Below, piece after piece: positions 49,575 through 62,694 of a DNA stretch of 64,000 nucleotides; within the stretch, counting starts at the first letter, position 1, and the number at the start of each line of letters is the position of its first letter. The position numbers were made by a program, and so were the translations under genes. Source of the stretch: Camelus dromedarius (lineage: Eukaryota); NCBI RefSeq assembly GCF_036321535.1, contig NC_087436.1:99388001-99452000 (forward strand). The letters are read 5' to 3'. The notes under the pieces are model-generated. The model was not told where the DNA came from. It was given only the letters and a program-made list of their open reading frames with translations, and did not search any database.

Positions 49575-49748
49575 ATCCTTGTTACTCAGATTATGGTCCA
49601 CACTTGACTGCAGCATCAGCATCAAGTGAAGATTTGTTAGAAATGCAGAATCTCCAGTCTCAGTCCAACCCACTGAACTGACTTTGCATTTTAAAAGATA
49701 CCTAAGGAATTCAGTCCAGTACATATTCAAGTTTTAAAAACAAGCTTT
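49575..49748. mobile_element. hAT-Charlie MER5A/B
   Basis: gttactcagattatggtcca..gcagcatcagcatc..ttgttagaaatgcagaatctcc..tgcattttaaaagatacc. Confidence 0.7.
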
Positions 49749-50499
49749 GATATGGTTAACTACATGTGTTCTTTGATCAGTGCCATGAACCTTTTGGTCC
49801 ACTTGATTTTCTCTTTCACTTTCCACCCAAATCCTTAATTTACGATACATTGAGACTTTGAATATGTGAAGTACTAACCTCAGAAGTGAATAAACATACA
49901 AATTTGGAGCTTACTGTCCTGCTTCAACAAATTAAAGTTTCTGCAATTTATTGGGTCCTCCTGTTATTTGGATAAATTCAACATAAGGTATATTTAATCT
50001 TATTACAATAGTACTTGATTTTCAGTATAGAAAATATGAAAAACACAAATGTAGAAAATTAATATGTAAAATTATAGAATAAACTTATAAATAAGCATAT
50101 ATTCTCATTACCTAAAGGCATTTTAACATATTTCTTCTATTATTGATGTTTTAAGGATGTGTATATCACACGTCTGATAGTCTTATTTAAACTTACTATT
50201 GTACAAAGTATTTTTTCCAGACCATTGTAAACTGTAAGAAGTTTTAATGATTATATCTCAATCCATAAAATTCATAGTCATTTTTCTATTTTTGATACTG
50301 ACATTATTTCTAATTTTTCTCAAGAAAGATTTATATCGTATAAATATATATTCAGATTTTTTTCTATATTTCAGGTTATTGCTTTAGAGCAAATACTTGC
50401 AGATAGAATTTCAGGGTAAGGAAGACATGGATATTTCAAGTGTCAATATAGATTTACTAATTATTTTACTTGGTTTATTTTCTGCCCTGTTTTGCTTAT

Positions 50500-51190
50500 A
50501 AGCCATTTTTAATCATTGCCATTTAACTCAAGCTTTTGTCCATAACCTCTGCTGCCTTTACACACAGGAGATGACAGCACATCTAATTTTCCAGAAAAAG
50601 CAGTTTCTCATCAAACATAAAAATCTCTAGAACTCACACTCTCCATTACCTGTATCCTCAAATATTCATATTTCTTCCCCTGTAGTCTCAAAAAATAAGC
50701 TACCCCTGCTCCTGTTCAAGATGTGGACTCTTGATGCCATTATTTGGTGTCACCTCTGTAACCATCCATTATATACTTTTTCTCCTCATTTTCAAGATCT
50801 TAAATAAATAAACCATTCCATCTTCCCAAATCTGTCAGCATCTTCCCCTCTAGTCAGCATCATGTCTTTCCTTCCTTTCACTGTCAAATATTACAAAAAA
50901 AAAGAAAAAGAAAAAATAGCTGCCTCAATTTTTTTTCCACTTCTTTTCTTTCCTATTTATTTCTCATTGTGCTTAAAATCTTACCATTGTCCCTAGAGCC
51001 ATTATGAAGTTAGTCTCACTGAGGTTCCGTGGGCATTCTAATTGCCAAATTCAGTGATACTTGTTTTCAGTGCTCCACCTTGTTCAGGTATCTTATTTCC
51101 ACTTAACACTGTGACTTGTTCCAACATTATATAATCAGTATGCTTTCTGTATAGAGTTGACCACTTTTTTCACTGTGCCTTCACTGACTC
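50500..51190 (+). mobile_element. Old L2 fragment
   Basis: Pyrimidine-rich ctaccctgctcctgttcaag, ctcactgaggtt..ttctaattgccaaattcagtg..ttttcagtgctc pattern. Confidence 0.45.
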
Positions 51191-51479
51191 TGAACTCTGA
51201 CTTTTTTAGAGGATTCTTTACATTGTTTTCCAATTTTGAGAGGGAGAGTTTAAAAATACCACACTGTAAGTTCTAGAATCATGATATATAGAAGTCAAGA
51301 TTATAGGCAATCAGCTTCAAAAACAGGTGGAATTTTACTGTCTGAAATGAAAAAAAATCACTATTATTTTCTACATTGGAAACATACTTCTCAATGTTTA
51401 AAGAAATTCAAATTAGTTTGTAACAATCATTTATTTTCTTAACTCTCTAGTTCACTTTCATATCCACTTGCTTAAATTG

Positions 51480-51740
51480 TAATGAGAGTAATAACAAATA
51501 TTTACTGAACAAGAACAACGTTCTAGGTCCTTTGCTGAAAGCTTTCTATTTATTTCATATGATGTATTTGTTAATCATTTTAGCTTCACAGCACCCTTTT
51601 ATTGTAAGCACTATTGCTATCTCTACTTGATAAATGAGCAAACTGAAGCACAGAGACGTAAAGTCACTTGACCAAGGTAGCCTTTGTGTGAAGTGGTGAG
51701 GGAAGTCTTCAAGAACGGGCTTGCTGACTTCTGCTACTAC
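51480..51740 (-). mobile_element. MIR SINE
   Basis: aaatatttactga..ttcacagcaccc..ataaatgagcaaactgaagcacagagacgtaaagtcacttgaccaaggt. Confidence 0.75.
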
Positions 51741-51863
51741 TGCTGTATCTCCTTGGTTACCTAATGTAACTTTAGCACTTTTTTCATATAAATGAAATGT
51801 ACTTGAGTCTTGCTTGCTGTGTATGCTTTTGTTTAAAAGAAGCAGCAACTAGAAGAGAATGGC

Positions 51864-53364
51864 TTTTTATTTATTTTTCCACCTCTATTAAGGTATAGTT
51901 CACAATTAAATTGTAATATATCTAGAGTATACAAGGGAATTTTTTGATACATATATACATTGTGAAAGGATTCCCACCATCCAGTTCATAAACACATCAG
52001 TCACCTCACATATTTCCCCCTTTTTTTTTTTTTTTTGGTGAGAGTACAAGTCCTACTTTCTTAGCAAATTTCAACTATATGATACAGTATTATCAACTGC
52101 AGACTTCACATAGTACATTAGATTCTTAGACTTTAGAGTTATAATTGAAACTTTATAGCCTTTTACCAACCTCTCCCTATTCCCCACATCCCAGACCCTG
52201 GCAAACAGCATCCTACTCTGTTTCTATGTGTTCTTTTTCTTTTTCTTTTTTTAAAGATTCTACATATAAGTGATAGCATACAGCAATTACCTTTCACTGA
52301 CTTATTTTGATTAGCATAATGCCCTGAGGGTCCGTCTATGTTGTCGCAAGTGGCAGGAATTCCTTTTTTATGTCTGAATAATACTCCATTGCATATATAT
52401 ATATATATCACATTTTCTTTATCCATCTATCTCTCCATGGGTGCTTAAGTTGTTTCTGTACCTTGGCTATTGTGGATAATGCTGCAATGAAGATGGGAGG
52501 ACAGATGCTTTTCAAGATAGTGATTTAATTTCTTATGGAGATATTTACCTAGAACTGGGATTGCTGGATCATATGGTAGTTCTATTTTTAATTTCCTGAA
52601 GGGCTTCCATACTGTTTTCCATGTGGCTGTACCAGTTCACATTCTCACCAACAGTGAAAAAGCGTTCCCTTTTCTCCACGTTCTTGCCAGCATTTGTTGT
52701 CTCTAATTTTTTTCATAATAGACATCCTAACAGTCATTAGATAATATCTCACTGTGGATTTGATCAGCATTTCTCTGGTGGTTAGTAATGTTGAGCATCT
52801 TTTCACATATCTATTAGCCATTTGTATGTTTTCTTTGGAAAAATGTCTATTTAGGTTCTTTGCCCATTTTTAAAATCAGAGTAGTGTGTGTATTTGGGGG
52901 GATTTTTTTGAGGTTTTCGGGGTTTTTTTGTTTTGTTTTTGGTTTGTTTGTTTTGTGTGTGTGTATGTTTTTACTATTGAGTTGTATGAGTTCCTTATAT
53001 ATATTGGATACTAACCTCTTATTGGATATCATTTGGAAATACTTTCTGCCAGTCTATAGGTTTCCTTTGTATCTTGTTGATGATTTCCTATACTTTAAAG
53101 AAGCTTTTTAGTTTGACATAATCCCACTTGTTTATTTTTGCTTCTGTCGCCTTTGTTTTTAGTGTCAAATTCATAAAATCATTGCAAGAAAATGTCTAGA
53201 AGCTTAATCCCTGTGTATTTTTCTGGAAGTCTTGTGGTTTCAGGTCTTATCTTTAAGTCTTTAATCCATTTTGAATTGATTTTTTGTGTATGATGAAAGA
53301 CAGGGGGCCAAGTTCATTCTTTTGCATGTGTTTATCCAGTTTTCCCAACATAATTTATTAAACA
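51864..53364 (-). mobile_element. L1MA9-like 5'-truncated L1 (ORF2 end + 3'UTR), about 1.5 kb
   Basis: Continuous antisense L1: gggattgctggatcatatggtagttctatttttaattt, ttgagcatcttttc, tttagtttgacataatcccacttgtttatttttgctt, aagtctttaatccattttgaattgattttt. Confidence 0.92.
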
Positions 53365-54289
53365 GGAATTGGCTATTTACATTTAAATATTATTTACTGT
53401 GGGATTCTGTAAGAAATTGATATTCCTATATTGACTCCTGGGGTAAAAACATATATGTTAGGAACTGAGATATTCCACTACATTTCCAAATAGCTGTCTC
53501 TTTCTTCAAAGTAGCAACTGTTTCTTACACAATGGTATTATTTTAAAGAGCAGTATGGTTACTTTCTCATGGTGACTTCATGATCCTTCCCCTCATTTGT
53601 GAGAGATTGTTTGATACCTGTACAAAATATAGGTATAGCTGATATGTTTTATGAAAGTATCTTATGTCAATATAATTTCATTTCATAAATGATGCAATTA
53701 AGTGATATCTATTATGTATGTACATTTCTAATTTCACAAGAATTTTTCTCATGAGAAATGATATAATTTTAATATTTTTGTTAGAATGAATTTCATATAC
53801 TTTAAAAGGACACACAATTCATTAAAATATATACATTATTAAAATGTGCCTTTTTTTCCTAAAATTCTGTTCTATTTATGAATTATTTAACCCTTTGTAA
53901 TTTCTCACTTTATTTGATTCCTCCAATTATCTCTAAGATAGTTCTTCAACTTGCTAAAATAGTTAAGAAATTCTTTTAACTTTATGACTTTTAAATATTT
54001 AATGAGAGCTTTAAAGTTTAATATCCTCTATATTAAGAAGGATGTTTTTACCTTTGAAATAGTTTACAAATTGGTCTTCTTTCTTTTATAGCAGGTTTTA
54101 TATTTGAATCATTAATGTACTCATTTGAGGATAATTTATTCTGGAAGGCTTTTAGATGTTAGTATCAGTTCTGCTTAACTATAAATATTTTGGATAAGTG
54201 AAGGTATATGTAATTATCTCTCCCTAATAGTACAAATATGCTTTTCATGTACTACAAGGAGGTAGTCTAACTTACTTCTGAGACACATG

Positions 54290-54475
54290 GACCTGAGAAT
54301 TACCATTTACAAGCTTTCTGACCTTGGGCATGAGTCTCTAACTCTCTAAGCCTCAATTACATCATTTGTAAATTTAGACGACAGTAACCACATGGTTACA
54401 TGAAGTTTCTATGAGACAGATCTACATAGTACATAGCTAGGTCTGCACATGGAATATTCTCAACATAGATTAACT
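54290..54475 (+). mobile_element. MIR SINE
   Basis: tgaccttgggcatgagtctctaactctctaagcctcaattacatcatttgtaaa. Confidence 0.65.
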
Positions 54476-54870
54476 GTCTTTTTATATTTATAAGAATCCT
54501 ATTTTAACTATTGAAGACAAACATTTAAAGGAAATTTAATTAGCTGACAGTAATAAACGAATGTAAGCACAAATGCTAGTAAGAAGAGCTGTTTTGAGTG
54601 GCTGATACATTGAATCGTGACTGAGATGGTCAGGAGGGGAGGGCAGGTAGTTTGCCTTCCACACAGGTGGAGCCTGAGGCTGAGAAATGTTAATGGTGTT
54701 GGATGTTCATGATTTCAGTGTTCTTTCTGTCTCCCAGGACTGCCTGCTTCTATGTTGACTTTGCTTCCCAGCAGCCTTGTTCCACCTGATGCTAAGATGA
54801 GACCAGTACCTCCAGAGATGCATGATTCTTTCTGTTTGCCAATTTGGCAACTTCCCTCTCTCTTCTAGAA

Positions 54871-55015
54871 TGTGTGTGTGTGTGTGTGTGCACATGCATG
54901 CCTGCATGTTCAAATATGTGTGCATGCATATGTAATTATAAGTATAAATGTGTATACACATATGTACACATGCACATATTCATGTATGTTTGTGTATATG
55001 CTTGTGTGTATGTGT
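54871..55015. repeat. (TG)10 plus degenerate alternating purine-pyrimidine tract
   Basis: Read directly: tgtgtg..cacatgcatg..tgtgtgcatgcatatg..tgtgtatacacatatgtacacatgcacata. Confidence 0.85.
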
Positions 55016-55999
55016 TATGAATTATCTGGCTTTGCCTGAGTGTTTTGTTCACAGTGTGCATGAATCACTAATATGGATAAAGTGGTTTGTGTGCCCCAGT
55101 GGCCAGCCCTGTATCACAGAGTCACCCCTACATGCAGAGAACAAGCAGTCGTTATGACTGACATTACCACCAACACCATGTGTGTAGGGATTGGGAAGAT
55201 TAGGAATGGCATACATTTCCTAGAATTTTCCACTTGCTACAGTATTTGTAAATCACTAGGCACATCTCTTAAAAGTCTGTTACCAGAATTTTGGTTAGTG
55301 TGACTGTCACTTCCTAACTTTAGTCCATTCATTTTCACACTTACGGCCCTAAATGTTACCTGAGGTGGACAGTAAAAAGGCAAATTCTATTTTTTTTTTA
55401 TCAAGCTCATAAGAAGATGTGTTAGTATAATGTCCAAATTAAATGCCAACTTCTATAGAAAACATGTACTTTGAGAATGACCGACTTTCTTAAACTATGT
55501 GCAGAAGGTGAAATTAAGAGGTATTTATTCATAATATGACCTGAAGTCACCTATTTCATAACATCACTCCATTTTTTTGTTGCTTCATATGAAGTTGGAG
55601 TGTGACAAGATGAAGAGGAGCATAGCTAATTTGACATGAATGCAGAATCAGAATTTATCATTAGATACCTGCTGTGTGTTGGGTATCTATTCAGGTCATT
55701 CTTTAGGACTTAAGAAAGTCAAGCTGTAATTTCCCTTAAACATGGTATTATTGAAAGAAAAAAGAGAATTTGTCAACCTTAAAGAGAGGATAATACTAAG
55801 ATGAAAACAAAAGAGCAAAAAAAAAAAGGCTGCAATGCTGGAAGACTCAAGATCTTTAAGTTTGTAAAAAATTAGCTTTCTCATGTCTCCTAATTTTCAT
55901 CATAGACTTTGACCATCTATCAATAAGGACTTGAATTTAAGAGTAGGTAGTTGGATGTATGTGTGGGAAGCTGGTTTAAATTGGGTTGTAAGGTAATGC

Positions 56000-57240
56000 C
56001 ATTTTAAGTAAATAAAAAGAGTAATCAGCTGTGCAAACAGCTTTCTAGGCTGTTTCAGAATGAGTTTTTTAGGCAAAGAACAGTATGGTAAAGGTAAATG
56101 TTACAAAGAAGTAACAATTCAGTAGGTTTCAGAACAATAGGAAAGACAACCTAATAGGAATTAGGTGATGAGGGAGAAAAGGGTTCGAGATGAGGTCGAT
56201 GAAGTAAGCAACTGGCAGATCATGTAGAATCTTACAGGCTAAGGGAGGGATTTTAGATTTTATTCTATGATACATGATAAAACTTTAGGAGATTTTAAGT
56301 AGAGAAGAATAATATACTCTTTTACATTTCTTAAAGTTTCCTATGCCTCCCATGTGGAAAATCAACTGAGAAGGGACACCTAGAGATAGGGAGGTGAGGG
56401 TAACTTAAATGAGTAGTAAGGATGGAGAAAATACAAAGAGCTAGGTTGTTTTTTGGAGGTAAAGCCATCTTACTGTTGGAGAGGCTATGAAGAATGAGGG
56501 GGTATAAGGAATAAGAAAAATCAAGGTGATATTTGTATGTGTGTGCTACTGGGCAGAAGTTGGCCCCCTATCCTAGGAGAGAGAGAGATTGGAGGAGAAT
56601 AAAATGGTTCTGGTTAAGTTTGAGGTGCCTAGCAGAGCTTAAGTGGAAATATCAAGTGTTTGAGGGGATATTTAGTATGAACTCGATCTGTCCATTGATT
56701 TAGATGGCCTTCACCTCCATGAGAAAGGATTATATTACCTCAGAATAAAAGTAAAGAAGAGAAGCTGGTCCAGGAACAAGCTTTCCAGTATTTAGAATTT
56801 GAGCAAAGAAGAGGAAGCTGACAAAGTGAACAGAGGAGGAGAAGCATTTTAAGGAGGAGAAAAACCAGAAGAATGTTGTCTTAGGAAAGCCAAGAGCAGT
56901 CGGCTTCCAAGGTGATGGGAGAAACAAACTGTCAGATTATGCAAAAATCATTAGTAGCCTTGAGAAGTGCACTCAGGGAGTAAAGAACATGGAGAAAAAG
57001 TCCACAGTTATTTTGAGAATATTTTCTCTGAAGAGGGCAGGAAATTTAGTGGTAAATGTAGGGGTCAAACAAGCAGTTTGTTGGAGGAAAGGACATGTTT
57101 TATGTTATTCAGAGGGATTCAGAGGAGAATAAAGATGATAATGTAAAAAGAATATGTGAGGAATGAAGCCCTTTAGAGATGAGAAGATGAAATTTCAAGC
57201 AGAAAGGGGGTATGCTGAAATGATTGTAGGATGTGTACAT
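56000..57240 (-). mobile_element. L2 long fragment
   Basis: ggcagatcatgtagaatcttacaggc..gattttagattttattct, ttaagtttgaggtgcct..agtggaaatatcaag, gaggagaaaaaccagaagaatgttgtc..aagccaagag. Confidence 0.8.
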
Positions 57241-57884
57241 CCATGAATTCATTACTTAACTATCAGGAATATAGACTTTTATAGGTCACTTTAGCATGTT
57301 GAACAAGTGAACAGTTTGTATAGATCCTTCCTACTACAGAGAAGTTTTCTCATAGGGACTTTGAGAAATGTTTGTCTCTGCCAACTTGTTCTTATTTTTT
57401 AAATATAAAGCTTATAATTCAAACAGTTACATTTAAGTTCACAGAATTGATAATATATAATATGATTACTTTATAGACATGCTTTATAAAGGAAAGTAAA
57501 AAATAGAGATTATTTTCTCTTCTTATGAAAAAATTGTAAGAAAGTTATGTGGTCCATCTTGATTTGTTTTTCTTAATGTGCTTTGTAAACTGGCCTAACA
57601 AATATTTTCCGCAAAATATTAGCAAGCTCTTTTCCCTGTGTTACTATTTTCTATTTAAGCTGCTTAAAATTAACTTTACTTACTTGTTTGACACATCGCA
57701 ATATGCCTTAAAACACACATATTCTTACTTTTACCTCAAACAATTTAGATTGCTTTCATTTTCAATGTGATATTTAGTATTGAATCTAATCAGTACTTTT
57801 TTAAATTTGAGGGCTTTTTTGTTATAAAATTAATACATAGAAATTATTTTTAAAGTTTCAAACTATAAAAATAGGTATGCAATG

Positions 57885-59022
57885 CCTTAGGAAGCAGATC
57901 CAGAAAAACAGAAAAATAAAAGCAAAAATGAACAAGTGGGACCTAATCAAAGTTAAAACTTTTTTGCACAGCAAAGGAATCCATAGACAAAATGAAAAGA
58001 CAACCTACTGAATGGGAGAAAACATTTGCAAATTATATGATTGATAGGGGGTTAAAATACAAAATATGTAAACAGCTCGTGCATCTTAATATCAAAAAAA
58101 TATCCAATTTAAAAATGGGTAAAAGACCTGAATAGACATTGTTTCCAAAAAAGATATACAGATGGCCAATAAGCACATTAAAAAATGTACAATATCAGTA
58201 ATTATTAGGGAAATGCAGGTCAAAATCATAATGAGATATTACCTCACACCTGTCAGAATGGTTATCATCAAAAAATCTACAAATAAATGTTGGTGAGGAC
58301 GTAGAGAAAAGGGAACCCTCGTACACTACTGGCGGGAATGTAAATTGGTGCAACCACTGGAACAGTATGGAGGTTCCTCAAAAAACGAAAATCAGAACTA
58401 CTATACGTCCAGCAATTCCAGTCCTGACTATATATCAGAAGAAAATGAAAACACTAATTCAAAAAGATACATATACCCAATGTTCATAACAGCATTATTT
58501 ATAATAGCCAATTACAGAAGCAAGCTAAGTTTTCACCAACAGATGATTAGGTAAGGAAGATGTGTTACACACACACACATATGCATACACACAATGGAAG
58601 GTTACTCAGCCATAAAGAAGAATGAGATTCTGCCATTCTCAAAAATGGGATGGACCTAGGGAGTATTATGCTTAGTGAAATGTCAGAGAAAGACAAATAC
58701 TATATGTTATCACTTAGATGTGGAATCTAAAGAAATAAAACAAATAAATGTATATAAAAAACAAACAGGCTCACAGATATAGAGACCAAGCTAGTAGTTA
58801 CCATTAGGGAGAGGGAAGGGGGACAGGGCAAGATAGGGGTATGGGATTAAGAGATACAAACTACTATCAATAAAACAACACGAATAGATTGTACAGCACA
58901 GGGAAATGTAGCCATTATTTTGTAATAACTTTAAGTGAAATATAACCTATGAAAATTTTGAATTGTTACGTTGTACACCTAAAAATAATATAATATTGTA
59001 AATCAACTATACTTCAATTAAA
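57885..59022 (+). mobile_element. 5'-truncated L1 (L1MA-age, ORF2 C-terminus + 3'UTR), about 1.14 kb, with degenerate 18-bp TSD
   Basis: aagtgggacctaatcaaag (KWDLIK), aatgggagaaaacatttgcaaat, gaaatgcaggtcaaaatcataatgagata; ends aatcaactatacttcaatt(A)n; TSD aaaaataggtatgcaatg 57867-57884 vs aaaaatgggtatacagtg 59023-59040. Confidence 0.92.
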
Positions 59023-59619
59023 AAAAATGGGTATACAGTGAAAAGTACATCTTCTTGCCTCTATAAAACTGACTAGGGATGACTTTAATCAGTTGCTTCA
59101 CTGTATTCTTCCAGAAATGTAAATATATGGCAATGTTTCTGTCATAATCCTAAGAAGTGCCCTGAAGCGTGGTTCCCCTCCTGACCTGCACATGTCCCAG
59201 TTCTTTCTTTATACCTGTTGTGCTTCAGCTTAGATATTGAGACATAATTCTTCACTGTTATGGGGGAGGGGAATACCAAGACACAGCTGGATACCAGGAC
59301 AACAAATTCTCACCTACTAGAGTTAGAAAGCCACTGGTTACTAGTATATTGGATTTTCTTGACCCCTAGACTAAATCAGAGAATCCACAAGGCTTATAGG
59401 CTGAGAACAGAGGACTCTGTGAACATAGTAAGCTGGGTAACCACCAGAAAAACACTACCCATCACCAACATTGTCTTCCCATTGCCTATCAGCTACCCAG
59501 AGACATTGCACAGCCTCTCACCTAACAATAATAATCATCAGCTCCCCTACAGAGTAGGGCCTGGATGACTAGAGGACAAGTCATACAGAGAAGAACTAGA
59601 TGCCACATAGCCAGGTTCC

Positions 59620-60060
59620 TGGGTTCCACACCAACTTAACTTCCTATCATTCTGTGCCTTGCTCAGTCTGCCACAGCCACATTGGCCTTTTGGGGATTGT
59701 GCTGACATCTCTCACACTTCTGGCACTTGCTACTGTCTCAGTTTGGCGTTCTCACCTTAGATATCCACATATCCCACTCTCTTACACATTTGGAATTTCT
59801 CAAATTTAGGTTCTTTGAAATATCCGCTGATCACTAATCCAAATAAAGTATCACCATGTTCCATTCTATTTTCTTACCTTTTCTTATTTTTCTTCATGTT
59901 ACTTCTCACTATGCAACATAAACCTTTATTTATTTCCTGTGTCCCTCCACTAGCATATAATTGCGTGAAGGCAGACACTTCGGTTTATTCTACTCATTAT
60001 TTTGCCCCTCATGTCTAGAATATGGCATATGGCAGGTGATAATTACATAGCTAAATATGA
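59620..60060 (+). mobile_element. L2 3' fragment
   Basis: ccacagccacattggcctttt..ggcacttgctactgtctcagtttgg..cctccactagcatataattgcgtgaaggcaga..tctagaatatggcatatggcagg. Confidence 0.7.
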
Positions 60061-61079
60061 TAAGAAAAATGATAATAGCTACTCATCAATTTGATCCAAT
60101 AACAACTAAAATTTTTCCTTTTCTACATCACTCTTTAAGAACAGTTTGATTTGATTACACCACTGCTCATATTTCTCCCAGAGAGGCCTGTCTTCTGTAG
60201 ACTTGAACTTCCCCAGTTTGGCTTTTGCTGTTATCCAAACTAAACAAACATTCCTTAGGTCTCTGTTACTCATCTACAACACGAGAAGTTTTTTTTGTTT
60301 TTTTGTTTTTTTTTTCCCATTTGGTGCCCATTGTGTTGTTAATTACATTTTTTACATTATAGTCAGTAAATCTTTCTTATGTTCCCATGATCACAAAATA
60401 CATTTAATAATGCATGTATTAAATGTTATTTTGTTCACTAATGTGTGTCAGATTCTGTATTAAGTGTCTTACATTTGTAGTTTAGAAAAACAATACCTAC
60501 CCCAACCCAGTCCTAGAAGCAAGCTTTGGACAAAGGTTAATAATAAATGCTTGCAGTGGTTTCATTTATGAAAATAAAGGAAATCTTTTAACAAAAAAAT
60601 TCCTAGTCAATTTGAATGTAACTAGTGTTTTGTTGTTGTTGTTGTTTTGGGGCAATTTTTAGTGGTAGCTGGTCTTATCTTTGGTACTGCATACTAATGG
60701 GCTCATTTCTTATCCATTGGTAAGCTTCTGAGCATGATCTTTAATACAGAGAGGGCAATTGACAGCTTTGCATAAACATGCAAAATACTATCTCTGCTGC
60801 ATTCAAGGTACGTATGTATTTTAAGGTTATATCAATCTATAAGAAAGAAGAGAAAAGAGGTGCTTCTCTTCATACCTTTTGATCTAGTGTTAAGCCATTC
60901 TAGTTTTTACATATCATTGTTGATTTCAATTGTGATTGGGAGACAGGGAATCAGATGAGTGTTTTTTAAGTTTGCTGTTTTGTTTTGTTTTTTAGTTCTC
61001 AGAAGCTATGAGGTTGCAGTTTGAAAGAGACAAAACACAAAATTGCAACACCTAACATGAGACTGCATCTGTGAACAGT

Positions 61080-61305
61080 GGACATTACTTAAGTGTCTTT
61101 TGGTGTTAAGTGACAGAAAATCCAAATGCAAAAGGAAAGTGTGGTTTGTTGCTTCACATCAATGAAGAGTCCAGATAAGAATGTGTTTAGATATTGCTAG
61201 ATAAACATTCAAAGAATAGTTCTAGGATCTGCTTTCTCTCTCCCATCCTAGATTGGTTCTTATTTCCTAGTTCAAGATGGCTGCATTAACTTCAGATCTT
61301 ACTCC
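61080..61305 (-). mobile_element. MLT1K/L-like LTR fragment, apparently resuming after 61817
   Basis: gtcttttggtgttaagtgacagaaaatccaa..ttcacatcaatgaagagtccag..caagatggctgca. Confidence 0.5.
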
Positions 61306-61309
61306 CTCA

Positions 61310-61817
61310 ACTAAATATTAGATAGCCCCCCCCACCCTTAGAAGCCCCCAGTCTCCCTTTCCTTAGAGCATTTAATTTAGAAAACTTGCAATTATGAATT
61401 CTTTCTCTGCCCTTTGGGTTTAAATCTACTGCCAAAGTATTGCCAGCTTTACATACAACCCAAGAATGTCTTCCTCAAAGATTTGTGAGACATTCCTTTG
61501 AAATGTAATCATCAAGGAAGATAGTACCCCTGTTTCCCAGTGTCTAGGAGGTTTGAAGTTTAACTTTCATAGGCACCAATTAGCAAACACAGATGGCCCA
61601 ATCACATTGTCCAACCTCCCATCACCCAGTGTCCTCTAGTACTTTAAGTGCTGACTCACCCTAGCATTTAAAATCTCTCCTATCTTTGGTTTTAACAGAG
61701 TTGAGTTTTGAATTCCCTCTCACTTACCTATTGTAGCAGTCTCTCCCCATTACTGAAATAGTTACAAATAAAATTTTCCTTATATTTTTAACTTGTCCAT
61801 GCAATTTTTCTTTGCTA
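61310..61817 (+). mobile_element. ERV1 LTR (MER67-like)
   Basis: ccttagagcatttaatttagaaaacttgcaattatgaattctttctctgccc..ttgaaatgtaatcatcaagg..caattagcaaacacagatggcc; AATAAA near 61768; T-rich U5. Confidence 0.65.
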
Positions 61818-62204
61818 GGAAAGAAAGTAGATTATATGTATGCTGAACAATGAAAAAAAAAGGGGGGGGGTGGAATGTCTTAATATTTTACTTCAGATGT
61901 TCTTAATATCTCAATTGGGTTAAAAGGAAACAAACAAAAAAGGTCATGTACTATGCTTAGTAAAAAGTTTTGATACAATTATGGCTGCAAGGTGGTGGCA
62001 AGTGAGCAGGAGCTGCAAAGAGGTAGGTTTAAGTCAGAGGGACAGGGACTGGAAGTTAGTGGTCCAGTTTCTTTATAATCAGCAGATTCTGCCTAAACCG
62101 TTAAGCTTAAAGAAGTTCCAGGAGATTCATTAGTTTGTCAACTAAACGTCTCTCCTTTTTTCATAAGCACAAGAAACAGTGAGAGAAGAGGTGAGGTGGG
62201 ATGT

Positions 62205-62694
62205 TGATGGATTCAGGACATGCTGCTCCAAAATACAGCACTTTGGGATATTGAATATCTTAAGCTGTAAACATCTGAGAAAATGGCAGAAGTAGGAAGG
62301 TCACTCTAACCTCACTTCCTTGAAACAGGTCATAAAATCCTCATCTGAGGAATACCCTTTCTATACTCAGAGGGAAGGAGCATCCTTTTCTTCAAAGAAA
62401 GAGATGCCAAGAAGAATCTAACATTCAGGCCTCCCTCAGTTTCCCCCAGTTTACTACAATTACATTATACTCCTTAGTCATAAGTCATTCCTTCACGACT
62501 GTCCATTCTTCCTCAAACCTGGCACAGAATCCTCAGGTCTAGCTATTTCTTTGGGACATCATCTCCCGTGTCACCAAAACCTTATAGCAAATACATTTTA
62601 TATCCTTCTCCTATTAATTTATCTTTATTAGTTCACTTTTCAGACTCGGCCAGGGACTCTTAAGAGGATGAGGGGAAAACTCTTCCCCCCTGCA
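62205..62694 (+). mobile_element. Solo ERV1 LTR (MER34-like), 490 bp
   Basis: TG...CA, 4-bp TSD ATGT (62201-62204, 62695-62698); ttcaggacatgctgctccaaaatacagcactttgg..attgaatat..taagctg resembles the MER34 5' end. Confidence 0.85.
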
